Below, piece by piece: positions 17,142-27,866 of a stretch of 64,000 nt of DNA. Origin of the DNA: Candidatus Eiseniibacteriota bacterium (lineage in GTDB: Bacteria > Eisenbacteria > RBG-16-71-46 > CAIMUX01 > VGJL01). The notes below the pieces were generated by a model. The model worked only from the letters and a program-made list of their open reading frames with translations, was not told the DNA's origin and ran no database searches. The DNA is taken from positions 64,554 through 128,553 of the forward strand of contig CAWBWI010000004.1 of the NCBI GenBank assembly GCA_963792585.1, read 5' to 3'. Both the position numbers and the translations under genes were made by a program. Position 1 is the first letter of the stretch. Every line of letters starts with the position of its first letter.

Positions 17142-17227
17142 CCGTTCCCCAAGGCGACGTGGGATATTGCCGCCTTGGGCCGCAATCTACGGACCGATAG
17201 GAGCCCCCGTCAAGGAGATCCGGCCGC

Positions 17228-18595
17228 CTAGGCGGCCAAACGTTCCCCCTCCGGCTCCTCTCCGGAGGACTCGTTGGAGCGCCGCACGCAGATCCGGAGC
17301 TTCAGGACGACGCCGCGCTCGAGATCGTCGGGCTCGAGATCGACCAGGATCGGGACCTCGCGCCAGCGGGGTTCCGAACACGCCGCATCCGTGGGCACGG
17401 GCGCCTGCACGGACGGATAGGCGGTGGCGCCTTCCGGCCGGATCGACGGTTCCGGCGTCGTCGGGCGCGTCACGGTCTCGCGATTGACATCCATCTCGAC
17501 CGTGAACTCGGATTCGTCCGCGTCCCGCGCCCGGCCGAACCAGCGGCGGAGCCTACCTCCCACTCCCTGCCGGCGATCGAGCTCGTCCGGCATTCCATCG
17601 ACGGCATCGGCGGGTGAGCCTTCGGTCGGCGGGCGATCGAACGAGTGTTCGCTATTCTCCACGACGAGTTCGATCTCCTCCCGCGGGGAGGGCTCTTCAG
17701 CGGCGGGGGGAATTGTCTGGTCCGCGACCAGCGGTTCCGCGGGCTCCACACGCTCCCGCGGCGGCGGGGGCGCGACAGGCTCGAGTCGCAGCGGCACAAT
17801 CGTCCTCGGAGTTTCCTCCGGCGCCGGGTCCCTCAGGAGCGATGGCGACGGCACGACGGGCTGCCGGACGGGAAGCGGGTGCGGTGCGAGCGCGATCGTC
17901 GGTGGCGGCGGCGCGGCGATCGGGATCGGCGGCGGCGCTTCCGCTGCCGCAGGTGGGTGCGCTTCGGCGACCGCGGGCGGGCTCGACGGAGACGCAACAA
18001 CGCGTACGCCGATCTCGTGGGCGAGGTGCTTCAGCAGCATTCGCGACATCGCCTTGAACGTCTCGAACACTCCGACCCCCGTCGTCCCGACCGCCTCGAA
18101 AGAGGGGACTTTTCCCGGGTTCAGGGTTCGCTCGAGCTCCTCGATCGAGTAGACATCCGGTAGGTCGCGCTTGTTGTACTGAATGACCCATGGCATCTTG
18201 TCGAGGTCGATTCCGTGCTCCCGCAGGTTCTCCCGCAGGTTCTGGAGACTCTCGATGTTCTCGTCCATCTTGCCGCGCTTGGAGTCGGCGACGAAGACGA
18301 TCGCATCGACCCCTTTGAGCACCAGCTTGCGGGTGGCGTTGTAGTAGACCTGCCCGGGAACGGTGTAGAGCAGGAACCGGGTCTTGAAGCCGGAGAGTTC
18401 GCCGAGATCGATCGGCAGGAAGTCGAAGAAGAGCGTCCGCTCCGTCTTCGTCTTCATCGAGACCATCTTGCCGCGGTTGGTCTGCGGGATCGCCCCGTAG
18501 ATGAACTCGAGGTTCGTCGTCTTCCCCGAGAGCCCCGGACCGTAGTAGACGAGCTTCGCGTTGATCTCGCGGCCGGAGTAACTGATGAGGACCAT
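17228..18595 (-). CDS. MglA-family small GTPase with a long Pro/Ala-rich C-terminal extension
   Basis: ORF trimmed to the ATG at 18595 (GGAGG upstream). The first ~195 aa are collinear with MglA (INAKLVYYGPGLSGKTTNL, LYTVPGQVYY, IQYNKRDL). They are followed by ~260 aa of PPAVAEAHPPAAAEAPPPIPIAAPPPP-type linker and an acidic/basic tail. Confidence 0.85.
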   Translation of the reverse strand: MVLISYSGREINAKLVYYGPGLSGKTTNLEFIYGAIPQTNRGKMVSMKTKTERTLFFDFLPIDLGELSGFKTRFLLYTVPGQVYYNATRKLVLKGVDAIVFVADSKRGKMDENIESLQNLRENLREHGIDLDKMPWVIQYNKRDLPDVYSIEELERTLNPGKVPSFEAVGTTGVGVFETFKAMSRMLLKHLAHEIGVRVVASPSSPPAVAEAHPPAAAEAPPPIPIAAPPPPTIALAPHPLPVRQPVVPSPSLLRDPAPEETPRTIVPLRLEPVAPPPPRERVEPAEPLVADQTIPPAAEEPSPREEIELVVENSEHSFDRPPTEGSPADAVDGMPDELDRRQGVGGRLRRWFGRARDADESEFTVEMDVNRETVTRPTTPEPSIRPEGATAYPSVQAPVPTDAACSEPRWREVPILVDLEPDDLERGVVLKLRICVRRSNESSGEEPEGERLAA

Positions 18596-18777
18596 GGCGC
18601 CTCCTGCAAGGGTGTGTGTCCCGCGGGGTTCCGATACTCCCCGCCATCTTCTTATCGGTCCCCTGAGCCCGCAGCTTGATTGCGCAGGCATGACCCGCAT
18701 CCTGAACGCCGGCGCAAGCCGGCGATCAGGATCGGATTGAGGCCCTATTTATTTGCCAGATTGTCTGTTATGCCCGA

Positions 18778-20877
18778 TCAGGCGATCTCGAAGAGCCGGA
18801 TCCCGTCGGGGTGGCGCCGCTCGATCGCCTTCCACAGGCGGGCATGATCGGGCCGGGCAAGGTCGGGGTCTTCCCGCAGCATCGTCTCGGCCGCACCCCG
18901 CGCAACCCGGAGCAGGTCGGCGTCCCGCACGAGATCGGCGACCTTCATCCTCGGCATTCCGGCCTGCCGGGTCCCGAAAAGCTCTCCGGGGCCGCGCAGG
19001 CGGAGGTCCTCTTCCGCGATCCGGAATCCGTTGGACTCACGGACCAGGACCCGCAGCCGCTCGAAGGTCTCCCCTCCTGTGCCCTCCGGCTTCATGAGGA
19101 AGCAATAGGGCGCCTCACCCGGCGCGCGGCCGATCCTCCCCCGGAGCTGGTGGAGCTGCGAAAGACCGAAGCGCTCGGGATGCTCCACGACGAGCACCGT
19201 CGCGCGCGGAAGATCGATGCCGACCTCGATCACCGTCGTCGCGACCAGTGCCCGCAGGCTCCCCGCACGCAGTCCGGCCATCACCCGTTCGCGCTCCGCG
19301 GGGTCCGTCCTGCCCGTGAGCAGAGAGACCTCGAGGCCCCGGAACGCCGGATGCGCCGCGATCTCGCCGCGCATCCGCGTCGCATCCCGAAGGTCGAGCG
19401 CCTCCGATTCCTCGACGAGTGGATAGACGAAGAACGCCTGTTGTCCGGAGCGGAGGCGATCGGCGACGAAGGCGAGCAGCTCGTCCCATCGCGAGCGATC
19501 GATGAGCTTCGTGACCACGCCCGTTCTGCCGGGCGGCATCTCATCGATCGTGGTGATGTCGAGGTCGCCGTAGTAGGCCAGCGCGAGCGTCCGCGGGATC
19601 GGGGTCGCGCTCATCACGAGGGTGTGGGGACGGGGCCCCTTCTCGCGCAGTCGCAGCCGTTGCATCACCCCGAAACGGTGTTGCTCGTCGACGACGATCA
19701 GCCCGACGGCGCGCGGCTGGACCTTCTCCTCGATCAACGCGTGCGTGCCGACCAGTAGATCGATCGCCCCGCCCTCGAGCGCCGCGAAGACACGGCGGCG
19801 TTCCGCGGCCGGCGTTCGACCGATCAACAGGGCGACCCGGACTCCGCCGGGCGCGAGCATCTTCTCCAGCGTCTCGGCGTGCTGCAGGGCCAGGACCTCG
19901 GTCGGCGCCATGAAGCAGGCCTGGCTCCCCGCGCCCGCCGCCCACGCGCATGCGAGCGCGGCGACGACCGTCTTGCCCGAGCCGACGTCGCCCTGCAGCA
20001 GCCGCATCGCGGGTCGGGCCGAGCGTAGATCGGTGAGGATCGTCGCGAGCGCCCGCTCCTGCGCGCCGGTCAACGTGTAGCCGAGACTCGCGCGCACGCG
20101 GTCGAGACGCGCGGGGTCTCCTTCGAGCGGGCAACCGTCCTCGGTGCGCGCCCGACGCTCGCGAAGGCGCAGGAGGAGAAGCTGGAACATCAGCAGCTCC
20201 TCGAGGGCGAGACGGCGACGCGCCGCCTCCGCCTCCTCGACCGCCTCGGGCAGATGGAGCGCGCGCAGCGCTTCCCGCCGATCGGGCAGGTCGAGGGACG
20301 CGACCAGGGATTCGGGGAGAGGATCGTCGAGTGCCGGCGGAAGGCTCTCGAGCGCGCCGTGGACGAGCGAGCGGAGCAGTTTCTGCGAGATTCCCGCCGT
20401 GAGAGGGTAGACGGGAACGATGCGTCCTCCAGTCAGAATGGGCCGATCGTCATCCGGATCGAGAACCTCGAACTCGGGGTTCGCGAGCTGCAGATCACGC
20501 CCGACCCGGATGCGCCCGCTCGCGAGGATCCGGCAGCCGGGCCGCAGGAGTTTTGCGACATAGGGCTGGTTGTACCAGACCGCCTCGAGGCGGCCGGAGC
20601 CGTCATCGAGCCGGGCGACCGTATCCCTTCGCCCGCCCCGGCCCCGGTGGACGTCGGCCCGGACGACGTTGGCCGCCACGGTCACGACCATGTCCGCCCG
20701 CGCCGTTCCCAGCGGGGTGAGCTTGGTCCGGTCCAGGTAGGCCGCGGGAAGGTGGAAGAGCAGGTCTCCGACCGTCCGGATTCCGAGTTTCTCGAGCAGC
20801 ACGGCGCGTCGGGGGCCGGCCCCCTTGAGGAACTGAACGCTCTGGCTGTCCCAGGAGGCCTCGAATCTTGCGCTCAT
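18778..20877 (-). CDS. recG: ATP-dependent DNA helicase RecG
   Basis: 699 aa. Wedge/OB N-terminus, helicase motifs [27 protein letters not shown] and QLRGRIGR. Confidence 0.93.
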   Translation of the reverse strand: MSARFEASWDSQSVQFLKGAGPRRAVLLEKLGIRTVGDLLFHLPAAYLDRTKLTPLGTARADMVVTVAANVVRADVHRGRGGRRDTVARLDDGSGRLEAVWYNQPYVAKLLRPGCRILASGRIRVGRDLQLANPEFEVLDPDDDRPILTGGRIVPVYPLTAGISQKLLRSLVHGALESLPPALDDPLPESLVASLDLPDRREALRALHLPEAVEEAEAARRRLALEELLMFQLLLLRLRERRARTEDGCPLEGDPARLDRVRASLGYTLTGAQERALATILTDLRSARPAMRLLQGDVGSGKTVVAALACAWAAGAGSQACFMAPTEVLALQHAETLEKMLAPGGVRVALLIGRTPAAERRRVFAALEGGAIDLLVGTHALIEEKVQPRAVGLIVVDEQHRFGVMQRLRLREKGPRPHTLVMSATPIPRTLALAYYGDLDITTIDEMPPGRTGVVTKLIDRSRWDELLAFVADRLRSGQQAFFVYPLVEESEALDLRDATRMRGEIAAHPAFRGLEVSLLTGRTDPAERERVMAGLRAGSLRALVATTVIEVGIDLPRATVLVVEHPERFGLSQLHQLRGRIGRAPGEAPYCFLMKPEGTGGETFERLRVLVRESNGFRIAEEDLRLRGPGELFGTRQAGMPRMKVADLVRDADLLRVARGAAETMLREDPDLARPDHARLWKAIERRHPDGIRLFEIA

Positions 20878-20915
20878 CCCGCCGCCGCCGGGTTCATTTG
20901 GACCCGAATCGTGGG

Positions 20916-20944
20916 TTGCCGGAAGGCGCTCCCATCGCTAGACT
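20916..20944 (+). promoter_or_regulatory. candidate sigma70 promoter for rpmB (TTGCCG-N17-TAGACT)
   Basis: The hexamers and 17-nt spacing were read directly from the sequence, ~47 nt upstream of the rpmB ATG, in the recG/rpmB divergent gap. Confidence 0.3.
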
Positions 20945-20990
20945 TCATTTATTGTGCCTGGAGGCTTGCCAGCCCCGGAGGAGGAGTGTC

Positions 20991-21218
20991 ATGTCACGAG
21001 CTTGTGATATTTGCGGCAAGGGGATCCAGTTCGGAAACCAGATCTCCCATGCCCACAACGTGTCGCACCGGGTCTGGAACCCGAACCTGCAGCGTGTCCG
21101 CGCCATCGTGGACGGGAAGCCGGCGCGGTTGCGCGTCTGCACCCGGTGCCTCCGCAGCGGCGCGGTTCAGAAGAAGGTGCGCGCCCCGAAGTCGGAACAC
21201 AAGACCGCGAACGCTTAG
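20991..21218 (+). CDS. rpmB: 50S ribosomal protein L28
   Basis: ORF 20868..21218 trimmed to the ATG at 20991 (GGAGGAGGAG upstream). [38 protein letters not shown] is canonical L28. Confidence 0.92.
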   Translation: MSRACDICGKGIQFGNQISHAHNVSHRVWNPNLQRVRAIVDGKPARLRVCTRCLRSGAVQKKVRAPKSEHKTANA

Positions 21219-22843
21219 AGCCCAGCAATCAGTCCATCGTCCGCGAACACGCGGGCTATCGGATTCGCCGGATCGGCGCGGAAGACCGCTTCCATCTCCG
21301 TCCGACCGGCGTCCTTGCGTTCCAGCTTGAAGAGCACCAGACCCAGACCGACGCGCGCCGCCGTGTGGTTCGGATGGACGGCGAGCGCCGCCTCATAGGC
21401 CTCCTTCGATCGGGCGATCTCCCCCAGCCCGGTGAGCACTTCCCCGTAGAGACAGAGCAGGTCGGGATCGAGGGGGGCCCGCTCGAGGGCTCTTTCGATC
21501 GACCCCTTCGCCCGTCCGGCGTTCCCCGCCCGCAGGTCGATGCGGGCGAGCCCCACGAGGGCGGAACCGGTGTGAGGAGCCCTTTGCAGCGTCTCCTCCA
21601 GTTCCTCCCGGGCGTGCTCGTCGTCCCCGGTCGCTTCGAGCGCGAGCCCCATTCCCAGGTGCGCCTCCACGTCGGAGGGGTCCTGCGCGAGGACCTTCCG
21701 GAAGAGACTCGCCGCCACCTCCGGATCGCCGTGACGCACATGCAGGAATCCCAGATCGATGGGCCCACGGGAACCGATCGGATCGGCCGCGACCGCCTCC
21801 TCGAGCAGGCGCGTCGCATCGAGCATCCTTCCCTGCACGAGCCGGACGAGACCGAGGGCGTAGCGGGCCCGCTGGAAATTCGGAATCGCATCCAGCGTTT
21901 CCTCGAGGATGCGCGCCGCTTCTTCCGTGTCTCCGTCACGGAGGCGGGCGACCCCGAGGAAGAGACGCACATCGGGATAGTCCGGCTGACGTCGCTGCGC
22001 GACCGTCAGGTGGACGATCGCCTCGGTCGGATCGCCCAGCCGCAGGCAGGCAAGGCCGGCCTGCAATCGCGCCTCGACGTAATTCGGGTTGATCACGAGC
22101 GCCTCTTCGAGTTCCCCCATCCCCTCGTCGAGAAGGCCTTCCTCGATCAAGAGCGACCCGAGCCGGCAGCGCAGGTCCGCGTAGCTCGGGTGCGCATCCA
22201 CGGCGGCGCGCAACTCGGCGATCGCCTGCTCCCGATTGCCCCGGTCATAACTCTCGAGCGCGCGCGTGAGGTTGTGCTGGCCCTTCTGACGCTCCTCGAT
22301 CGCGCGCAGCAGTTCGCCGACGATATCCGGACCCAGAGGAGAGCGGGCGATCTCGAAATCTGAGGGGAGGTGGCAGCCCGACGCGGCGAGGAGGCCGATC
22401 TCCCCTCGCGCGGCCTCCTCCTTCCCCTGTCGAATCAGCGCGACCGCGAGCCGGCAGCGGGCATCGAGGTAGCCGGGGTGGATCTCGAGTGCCGCGCGGC
22501 ACTCGCGCTCGCTCCCCGCGAAATCACCGCGCGCCTCCAGGATCGCCGCAAGCAGGACGTGGAGGTCGGGATAGCGGTAGCCGCACGCGAGCGCGGCGCG
22601 GAACTGCTCCTCGGCGCGTTCGAGATCTCCGGAGCGATGGAGCGCGAGTCCGAGCTTCGCATACGCCTCGGCCGCGAAGAAGCGGCCCAGACTGTAGTAT
22701 GGATCGGCCGGATCGCCGATCGCATCGAGGTTGCGCTCGAACGCAGCGACGGCCTCCTGGTAGCGCTCTTGATTGAACAGGACGACCCCGCGGCGGTACT
22801 CGGCCATTCCGTTCCGATGGAAGAACCGGCCCAGAATCGACAC
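21215..22843 (-). CDS. TPR-repeat protein
   Basis: 542 aa of tandem TPR-like units. It lies immediately downstream of ftsZ on the same strand, and its 3' end overlaps the rpmB 3' end by 4 nt (convergent). Confidence 0.8.
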   Translation of the reverse strand: MSILGRFFHRNGMAEYRRGVVLFNQERYQEAVAAFERNLDAIGDPADPYYSLGRFFAAEAYAKLGLALHRSGDLERAEEQFRAALACGYRYPDLHVLLAAILEARGDFAGSERECRAALEIHPGYLDARCRLAVALIRQGKEEAARGEIGLLAASGCHLPSDFEIARSPLGPDIVGELLRAIEERQKGQHNLTRALESYDRGNREQAIAELRAAVDAHPSYADLRCRLGSLLIEEGLLDEGMGELEEALVINPNYVEARLQAGLACLRLGDPTEAIVHLTVAQRRQPDYPDVRLFLGVARLRDGDTEEAARILEETLDAIPNFQRARYALGLVRLVQGRMLDATRLLEEAVAADPIGSRGPIDLGFLHVRHGDPEVAASLFRKVLAQDPSDVEAHLGMGLALEATGDDEHAREELEETLQRAPHTGSALVGLARIDLRAGNAGRAKGSIERALERAPLDPDLLCLYGEVLTGLGEIARSKEAYEAALAVHPNHTAARVGLGLVLFKLERKDAGRTEMEAVFRADPANPIARVFADDGLIAGL

Positions 22844-22863
22844 GCGAGCGGCCTCCTCTCGGG

Positions 22864-24246
22864 CTAGTCCATTTGCTTGCGGTAGAAGGTGGGCGTGTCC
22901 TTGGTCTCACGCCCCTCGCGACGGAAGTCCCCGAGACGCTCCGGGAAACTCAACCGGCGCGCCGGACGCCTCCGCCAGAGCGCGGGAGCCCGATCGGCGG
23001 CCGTCACAGGCTCGTCCGTGGGCACCTCCTCGATCCACCGCTCGGGGTCCTCGACCAGTGGCGGGGTCTCCACGCGCGTCTCCCTCCAGGGATCTCGCTC
23101 CGGGATCGTATCCGGTTCGAGACGCTCCGCCCAGACCGACTCATCCTCGTCGACCGCCGCGGCCGGAACCGGCTCCATCGGAACGATGCGGGCGGGGGTC
23201 AGGGCCGGCAACGCCGCCGGCTCCTCGATCACGGGCGCCGGCGCCGTCCGGACGGCCGCGACCGTCCGCTCGACCTTGCGGATCGCGGCCGGACGCTGGA
23301 ACCCTGTCGCGATCAGCGTCACGCGCATCTCGGCCGTCAGGTTGGGATCGACGACGGCGCCGAGGAAGACGTCGCAGTCCTTGCCGGCCTGTTCGGTGAT
23401 GTACTTCGCCGCCTCGGTCACCTCGTGGAAGCCCATGTCGGGTCCGCCGACGATGTTGACGAGAACCGCCTCCGCCCCCTGGATGCTCAGATCCTCGAGC
23501 AGCGGACTCGAGACCGCGGCCTGGGCCGCGTCGTTCGCGCGGTTCGCACCGCTGGCGACGCCGCATCCGAGGAGCGCGGCGCCGCGATTCTTCATCACGG
23601 TGCGCACGTCGGCGAAGTCGACGTTGATCAACCCGTTCCCGGAAACGATGTCGGCGATCCCGCGGGTGGCCTGGTAGAGCACGCCGTCGGCCACGCGAAG
23701 CCCCGCATCGAAGCTCGCCGCGCGGTCGACGAGGTGGAGCAGTTTGTCGTTCGGGATCACGATCAGGGTATCGACCTCGTCGCCGAGAAGGCGGACCCCT
23801 TCCTCGGCGCGCGAGGATCGCCGCGCCGCCTCGAGACTGAACGGCCGGGTGACCACGCCGACGGTCAGGGCACCGAGGGAGCGGGCGATGCGCGCCACCA
23901 CGGGCGCCGCGCCGGTCCCCGTGCCTCCGCCCATCCCGGCGGTCACGAACACCATGTCGAATCCCTCGAGGATCTCGGTGATGGCGTTCCCGTCCTCCTC
24001 GGCCGCCGCGCGCCCCACCGCGGGATCGCCGCCCGCGCCGAGGCCTCCAGTGAGGGAGGCGCCGAGTTGGAGTCGATTCGGGCAGGCTGAACTTTCGAGC
24101 GCCTGGGCATCCGTGTTGGCGACCCAGAAGGTCACGTGACGCAGTCCCTCGTCGATCATCCGATTGACGGCGTTGGAGCCGCCCCCGCCAAGACCGATGA
24201 CCGCAATCCGCGCCGGATCGGTACGACGCGCCTCGATGTCGAGCAT
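22864..24246 (-). CDS. ftsZ: cell division protein FtsZ
   Basis: 460 aa. IAVIGLGGGGSNAVNRM and GGGTGTGAAPV tubulin signatures, a long disordered linker, and the C-terminal peptide DTPTFYRKQ. Confidence 0.95.
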   Translation of the reverse strand: MLDIEARRTDPARIAVIGLGGGGSNAVNRMIDEGLRHVTFWVANTDAQALESSACPNRLQLGASLTGGLGAGGDPAVGRAAAEEDGNAITEILEGFDMVFVTAGMGGGTGTGAAPVVARIARSLGALTVGVVTRPFSLEAARRSSRAEEGVRLLGDEVDTLIVIPNDKLLHLVDRAASFDAGLRVADGVLYQATRGIADIVSGNGLINVDFADVRTVMKNRGAALLGCGVASGANRANDAAQAAVSSPLLEDLSIQGAEAVLVNIVGGPDMGFHEVTEAAKYITEQAGKDCDVFLGAVVDPNLTAEMRVTLIATGFQRPAAIRKVERTVAAVRTAPAPVIEEPAALPALTPARIVPMEPVPAAAVDEDESVWAERLEPDTIPERDPWRETRVETPPLVEDPERWIEEVPTDEPVTAADRAPALWRRRPARRLSFPERLGDFRREGRETKDTPTFYRKQMD

Positions 24247-24322
24247 CCATTACCTCCCGTGCAAGCCGGACCCCGGGGTCCGATGAACTCCCGCTCGAGG
24301 CGGGAGCGAACGCCATCCCTAG

Positions 24323-25549
24323 CTAAAGATAGTCACGAACCCAATCGCGGATCGGCCGGCGAAACAGGTTCAGGAACCCGCCCCTTCCTCCGGATCGACC
24401 GCGCTCCAGTTCCGCTCCGTACCACAACAGCCCGAGAGCGGTGGCGTGCGCCGGCAGCGCCTCCGACTCGGGAAGACCTTCGACCAGCTTCGGGAGACCG
24501 ACGCGCGCGGGGATCCCGACGACCCGTTCCGCCAACTCCACGAATCCGGGCAAGAGCGCGCTGCCGCCCGTCAACACGATCCCGGCCGCCAACAGGTCGG
24601 TCACCCCGCAACGATCCAGCTCGTGCAGGACATCGGTCAGGATCTCCTCCGCCCGCGGCTCGATGATGGCGGCAAGCACCTGACGGCTCACGATGCGCGG
24701 GCTGCGTCCGCCCACGCCCGGGACCTCCACGCCATCCTCCGCGGGAACGCGCGCCGAGAGAGCGCAGCCGTGGGCCAGCTTCAGTTCCTCCGCCCTCTCG
24801 TTGGGAGTGCGCAGGCCGATCGCGATGTCGGCGGTGATGTGCCGTCCGCCAAGGCCGAGGATCGCCGTATGCCGCACCACGCCGCCCTGGAAGAGGGCGA
24901 CATCGGTCGTTCCGCCCCCGATGTCGACCAACGCCACGCCGAGCCGCCTCTCGTCCTCTTCGAGGATCGCGAGCGAGGCGGCGAGAGGCGAGAGGACGAG
25001 TGAGACCGGGCTCAGCCCGGCGCGCGAGATCGCGCGCATGAGATTACGGACGGGCGTGGAGGCGACGGTCACGATGTGCACCTCCGCCTCCAGTCGCACC
25101 CCCGACATGCCGACGGGGTCGCGGATGCCAGGCTGATCGTCGACGGAGAATCCGCGCGGGATCACGTGGAGGATCTCTCGATCGGCGGGGATCTTGACCG
25201 CGCGGGCTGCCTCGAGGACGCGATCGAGGTCCTCCCGGACGACCTCCTTCTCGCGCCGGCTGATGCCGATCGCGCCGCGGCTGTTGATGCCCTTCACGTG
25301 CTCGCCCGCGATCCCGACGTAGGCCTCGCGGATGGAGACATCCGCCATCTTGGAAGCCGCTTCGACGGCGCAGGAGATCGCCTCGCTGGTCGCCTCGAGG
25401 TTGACCAGGCTCCCGCGCTCGATCCCCTCGCAAGGGCACTGCCCCAGCCCGAGAAGGCGGATCCCGCTGTCCGGCAACGACTCACCGACGGTGCAGCAGA
25501 CTTTGGTGGTACCGATGTCGAGTCCGGCGAGGATGTTTTTCATAGCCAT
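24323..25549 (-). CDS. ftsA: cell division protein FtsA
   Basis: 408 aa with an actin-like fold: GLDIGTTKVCCTVGE, DIGGGTTDVALF. Confidence 0.93.
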   Translation of the reverse strand: MAMKNILAGLDIGTTKVCCTVGESLPDSGIRLLGLGQCPCEGIERGSLVNLEATSEAISCAVEAASKMADVSIREAYVGIAGEHVKGINSRGAIGISRREKEVVREDLDRVLEAARAVKIPADREILHVIPRGFSVDDQPGIRDPVGMSGVRLEAEVHIVTVASTPVRNLMRAISRAGLSPVSLVLSPLAASLAILEEDERRLGVALVDIGGGTTDVALFQGGVVRHTAILGLGGRHITADIAIGLRTPNERAEELKLAHGCALSARVPAEDGVEVPGVGGRSPRIVSRQVLAAIIEPRAEEILTDVLHELDRCGVTDLLAAGIVLTGGSALLPGFVELAERVVGIPARVGLPKLVEGLPESEALPAHATALGLLWYGAELERGRSGGRGGFLNLFRRPIRDWVRDYL

Positions 25550-25554
25550 GGTGG

Positions 25555-26472
25555 TCAGGTCCGTCCGCGGGTGTTGTCGGCCGCAAGGGTGTCGGGAACC
25601 GCCGATTCGGGCAGGTGCACCACGATCCGATCGTCGAAGCGCAGATCGAGCACGACGTCGGTCCGCTTGCGACGATCGAGATCCCCCAGAACCGTTGGGA
25701 TCCTGTTCCAGAGATCATCGTGCATGCCCGGGATGAAACGAATCACGGCGGTCCGTGTCCGGAGGTAGGCATACGCCTGTCCCCCGCTCAACTCGAACTC
25801 GGACAGATCGCGCCAGAGATCGGGGCGCTTCTCGCGCAGATCACCCACGAGGCGCGCGAGCGCTGCGGTCTCGACGCCGACCTGCGACCCGGGCATCGGC
25901 ATGCTGCCGGCGGCCGGGCGAAAGATCGGGAGGTCGCTGTCCGTGTTTCCCTCGCGCGCGGGCAGGAACCAACCGTCGCGAGTGAGTTCCCCGTCGAACG
26001 CGCCCATGACATACAGAACCGGTTCGCGCTCCACGATCCCGACGTGCAGGCGGTGGAACCAACCGTAGTTGAATTCGATCCCCGCGATCTGCGGACTCGC
26101 GGCGACGCGCGCGCGCACCGCGTCGGGCTTCAGGTTCCACCACGGGTCGCCCGCGCGGAGATCGAGCAGGTCGTAGACTCCCGCCTCGGTGATCGTGCGG
26201 TTGCCGGTGACTTCGATCACGCGGATGCTGAAGAGCGGCAGGGCCGAGATCGCCTCGCGCTGGACGAACACGAGGGCGAGCAGGCCGGCGACCGCGAGCC
26301 CGAGGAATCCAAGCGCCAGCCCGCGGCGACGATTCCGCTTGCGGCGACTCTCCACGAGCCCTTGCCACGTAGCGTTCGCCCATTGGGACTGCTGATCGTT
26401 CAACGCCTCTTCCCCTGGTCCCCCGACGTCTGCGTGTCCGCCGGAACGCTCGTGATGTCCTCCGCTGCGCAA
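25555..26472 (-). CDS. ftsQ: cell division protein FtsQ
   Basis: Single TM helix (LALGFLGLAVAGLLALVFV) followed by a POTRA/FtsQ domain (IRVIEVTGNRTITEAGV). The start is ambiguous: 26472, or a TTG at 26403 overlapping the murC stop. Confidence 0.8.
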   Translation of the reverse strand: MRSGGHHERSGGHADVGGPGEEALNDQQSQWANATWQGLVESRRKRNRRRGLALGFLGLAVAGLLALVFVQREAISALPLFSIRVIEVTGNRTITEAGVYDLLDLRAGDPWWNLKPDAVRARVAASPQIAGIEFNYGWFHRLHVGIVEREPVLYVMGAFDGELTRDGWFLPAREGNTDSDLPIFRPAAGSMPMPGSQVGVETAALARLVGDLREKRPDLWRDLSEFELSGGQAYAYLRTRTAVIRFIPGMHDDLWNRIPTVLGDLDRRKRTDVVLDLRFDDRIVVHLPESAVPDTLAADNTRGRT

Positions 26473-27866
26473 CCGGGATGCGTGGACGCCCGGGAGCGCT
26501 CTCCCATGATCCGATCACCCCAACGCCAGATGTCCCCCGCTCCAAGCGTCAAGAGGACGTCTCCCGGCCGGATCACTCCTTTCGCGACGCCCGCCGCCTC
26601 ATCGATGTCGGCGACGAGATGCGCTTCCGGACACGTTGCGTGGGCCCGGACCGCGGCGAGGATAAGCGACGCGGAGACGCCGGGCAAGGATCTCTCGCCG
26701 GCCGCGTAGATCTCTCCGAGAAGCAGAAGATCGGTGTTCGCCAGGGCGTCCCCGAACTCCCTGTGGAGGGCGCGGGTCCGGCTGTAGCGGTGCGGCTGGA
26801 ACAGGGTCACGAGGCGACGGGTCGGCCAAACCGCCCGTGCCGTGGCGAGCACCGCCGCGACCTCGGTCGGGTGGTGGCCGTAGTCGTCGACGTGCGTCAC
26901 CCCCCCCACCTCGGAACGGATCTCGAGACGGCGACCGACCCCTCCGAAGGTCGCAAGAGCCTCGCGGATCGTGTCGATCCGGACGCCGATCTCGCGCGCG
27001 ACCGCGTAGGCGGCAAGGGAGTTCAGCACATTGTGGCGGCCCGGTAGGCTCAGCTCGATCGGATGGGGAGCCTCCTCCTGGTATCGCACCCGAAAGCGAG
27101 AGCGCATTCCATCGAACTCGACCTCGTCGGCGACGACGAGGTTCTCCGGGCCGAAGCCGTAAGTGATGCATCGCTTTGGAATTCGGCGAATCACTTCACG
27201 TACGTTCGCATCGTCCCCGCAGACGATTGCGGCCCCGTAGAAAGGCACCTTCCGCAGAAACTGGTGGAACGCCTCCTGGATGTCGGGCAACCCCTTGTAG
27301 TAGTCGAGGTGCTCGAGGTCGATATTGGTGACCACCGAGATCGTCGGGTTCAGGTCGAGGAAGGAGCCGTCGCTCTCGTCGGCCTCGGCCACCATGTAAT
27401 CCCCCGCCCCGAGCCGCGCGTTCGATCCGACCGCCCGAAGCCGGCCGCCGACAACCACGGTCGGATCGAGGCCGGCGGAGGACAGGACGTGGCCCGTCAA
27501 CGAGGTCGTGGTCGTCTTCCCGTGCGCCCCCGCGATGGCGATCCCGGTCTTCAGGCGCATGATCTCGGCGAGCATCTCTCCCCGCTTGAGCATCGGAATC
27601 AGGAGACGGGAGGCCTCTCGGTACTCGGGATTCGTCCGCCGGATCGCAGAGGAGACGACGATCAGGTCCGCGCCCCTGACCTGTTCGGCCCGGTGGCCTT
27701 GATCGACGTGGGCGCCGAGCCGCTCGAGCCGCTCGGTCACCTCGTTGCGGGCCAGGTCGCTGCCGCTGACCTGATAACCCAGGTTCAGGCAGACCTCGGC
27801 CAGACCGCACATGCCGGTCCCGCCGATTCCGACGAAGTGGATCCTACGGATTCTGGTGGGCGACAT
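26400..27866 (-). CDS. murC: UDP-N-acetylmuramate--L-alanine ligase
   Basis: ORF 26400..27998 trimmed to MSPTRIRRIHFVGIGGTGMCGLAEV (ATG at 27866). Mur ligase motifs GAHGKTTTTS and DDYGHHPTE. Confidence 0.92.
   Translation of the reverse strand: MSPTRIRRIHFVGIGGTGMCGLAEVCLNLGYQVSGSDLARNEVTERLERLGAHVDQGHRAEQVRGADLIVVSSAIRRTNPEYREASRLLIPMLKRGEMLAEIMRLKTGIAIAGAHGKTTTTSLTGHVLSSAGLDPTVVVGGRLRAVGSNARLGAGDYMVAEADESDGSFLDLNPTISVVTNIDLEHLDYYKGLPDIQEAFHQFLRKVPFYGAAIVCGDDANVREVIRRIPKRCITYGFGPENLVVADEVEFDGMRSRFRVRYQEEAPHPIELSLPGRHNVLNSLAAYAVAREIGVRIDTIREALATFGGVGRRLEIRSEVGGVTHVDDYGHHPTEVAAVLATARAVWPTRRLVTLFQPHRYSRTRALHREFGDALANTDLLLLGEIYAAGERSLPGVSASLILAAVRAHATCPEAHLVADIDEAAGVAKGVIRPGDVLLTLGAGDIWRWGDRIMGERSRASTHPGCAAEDITSVPADTQTSGDQGKRR

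Noticed and set aside
18708-18723. GCCGGC-GCAA-GCCGGC hairpin downstream of recG as a terminator.
   Set aside because: It has only a 6-bp stem and no U tract on the minus strand. It could equally be chance in GC-rich DNA, so I did not list it as a feature.
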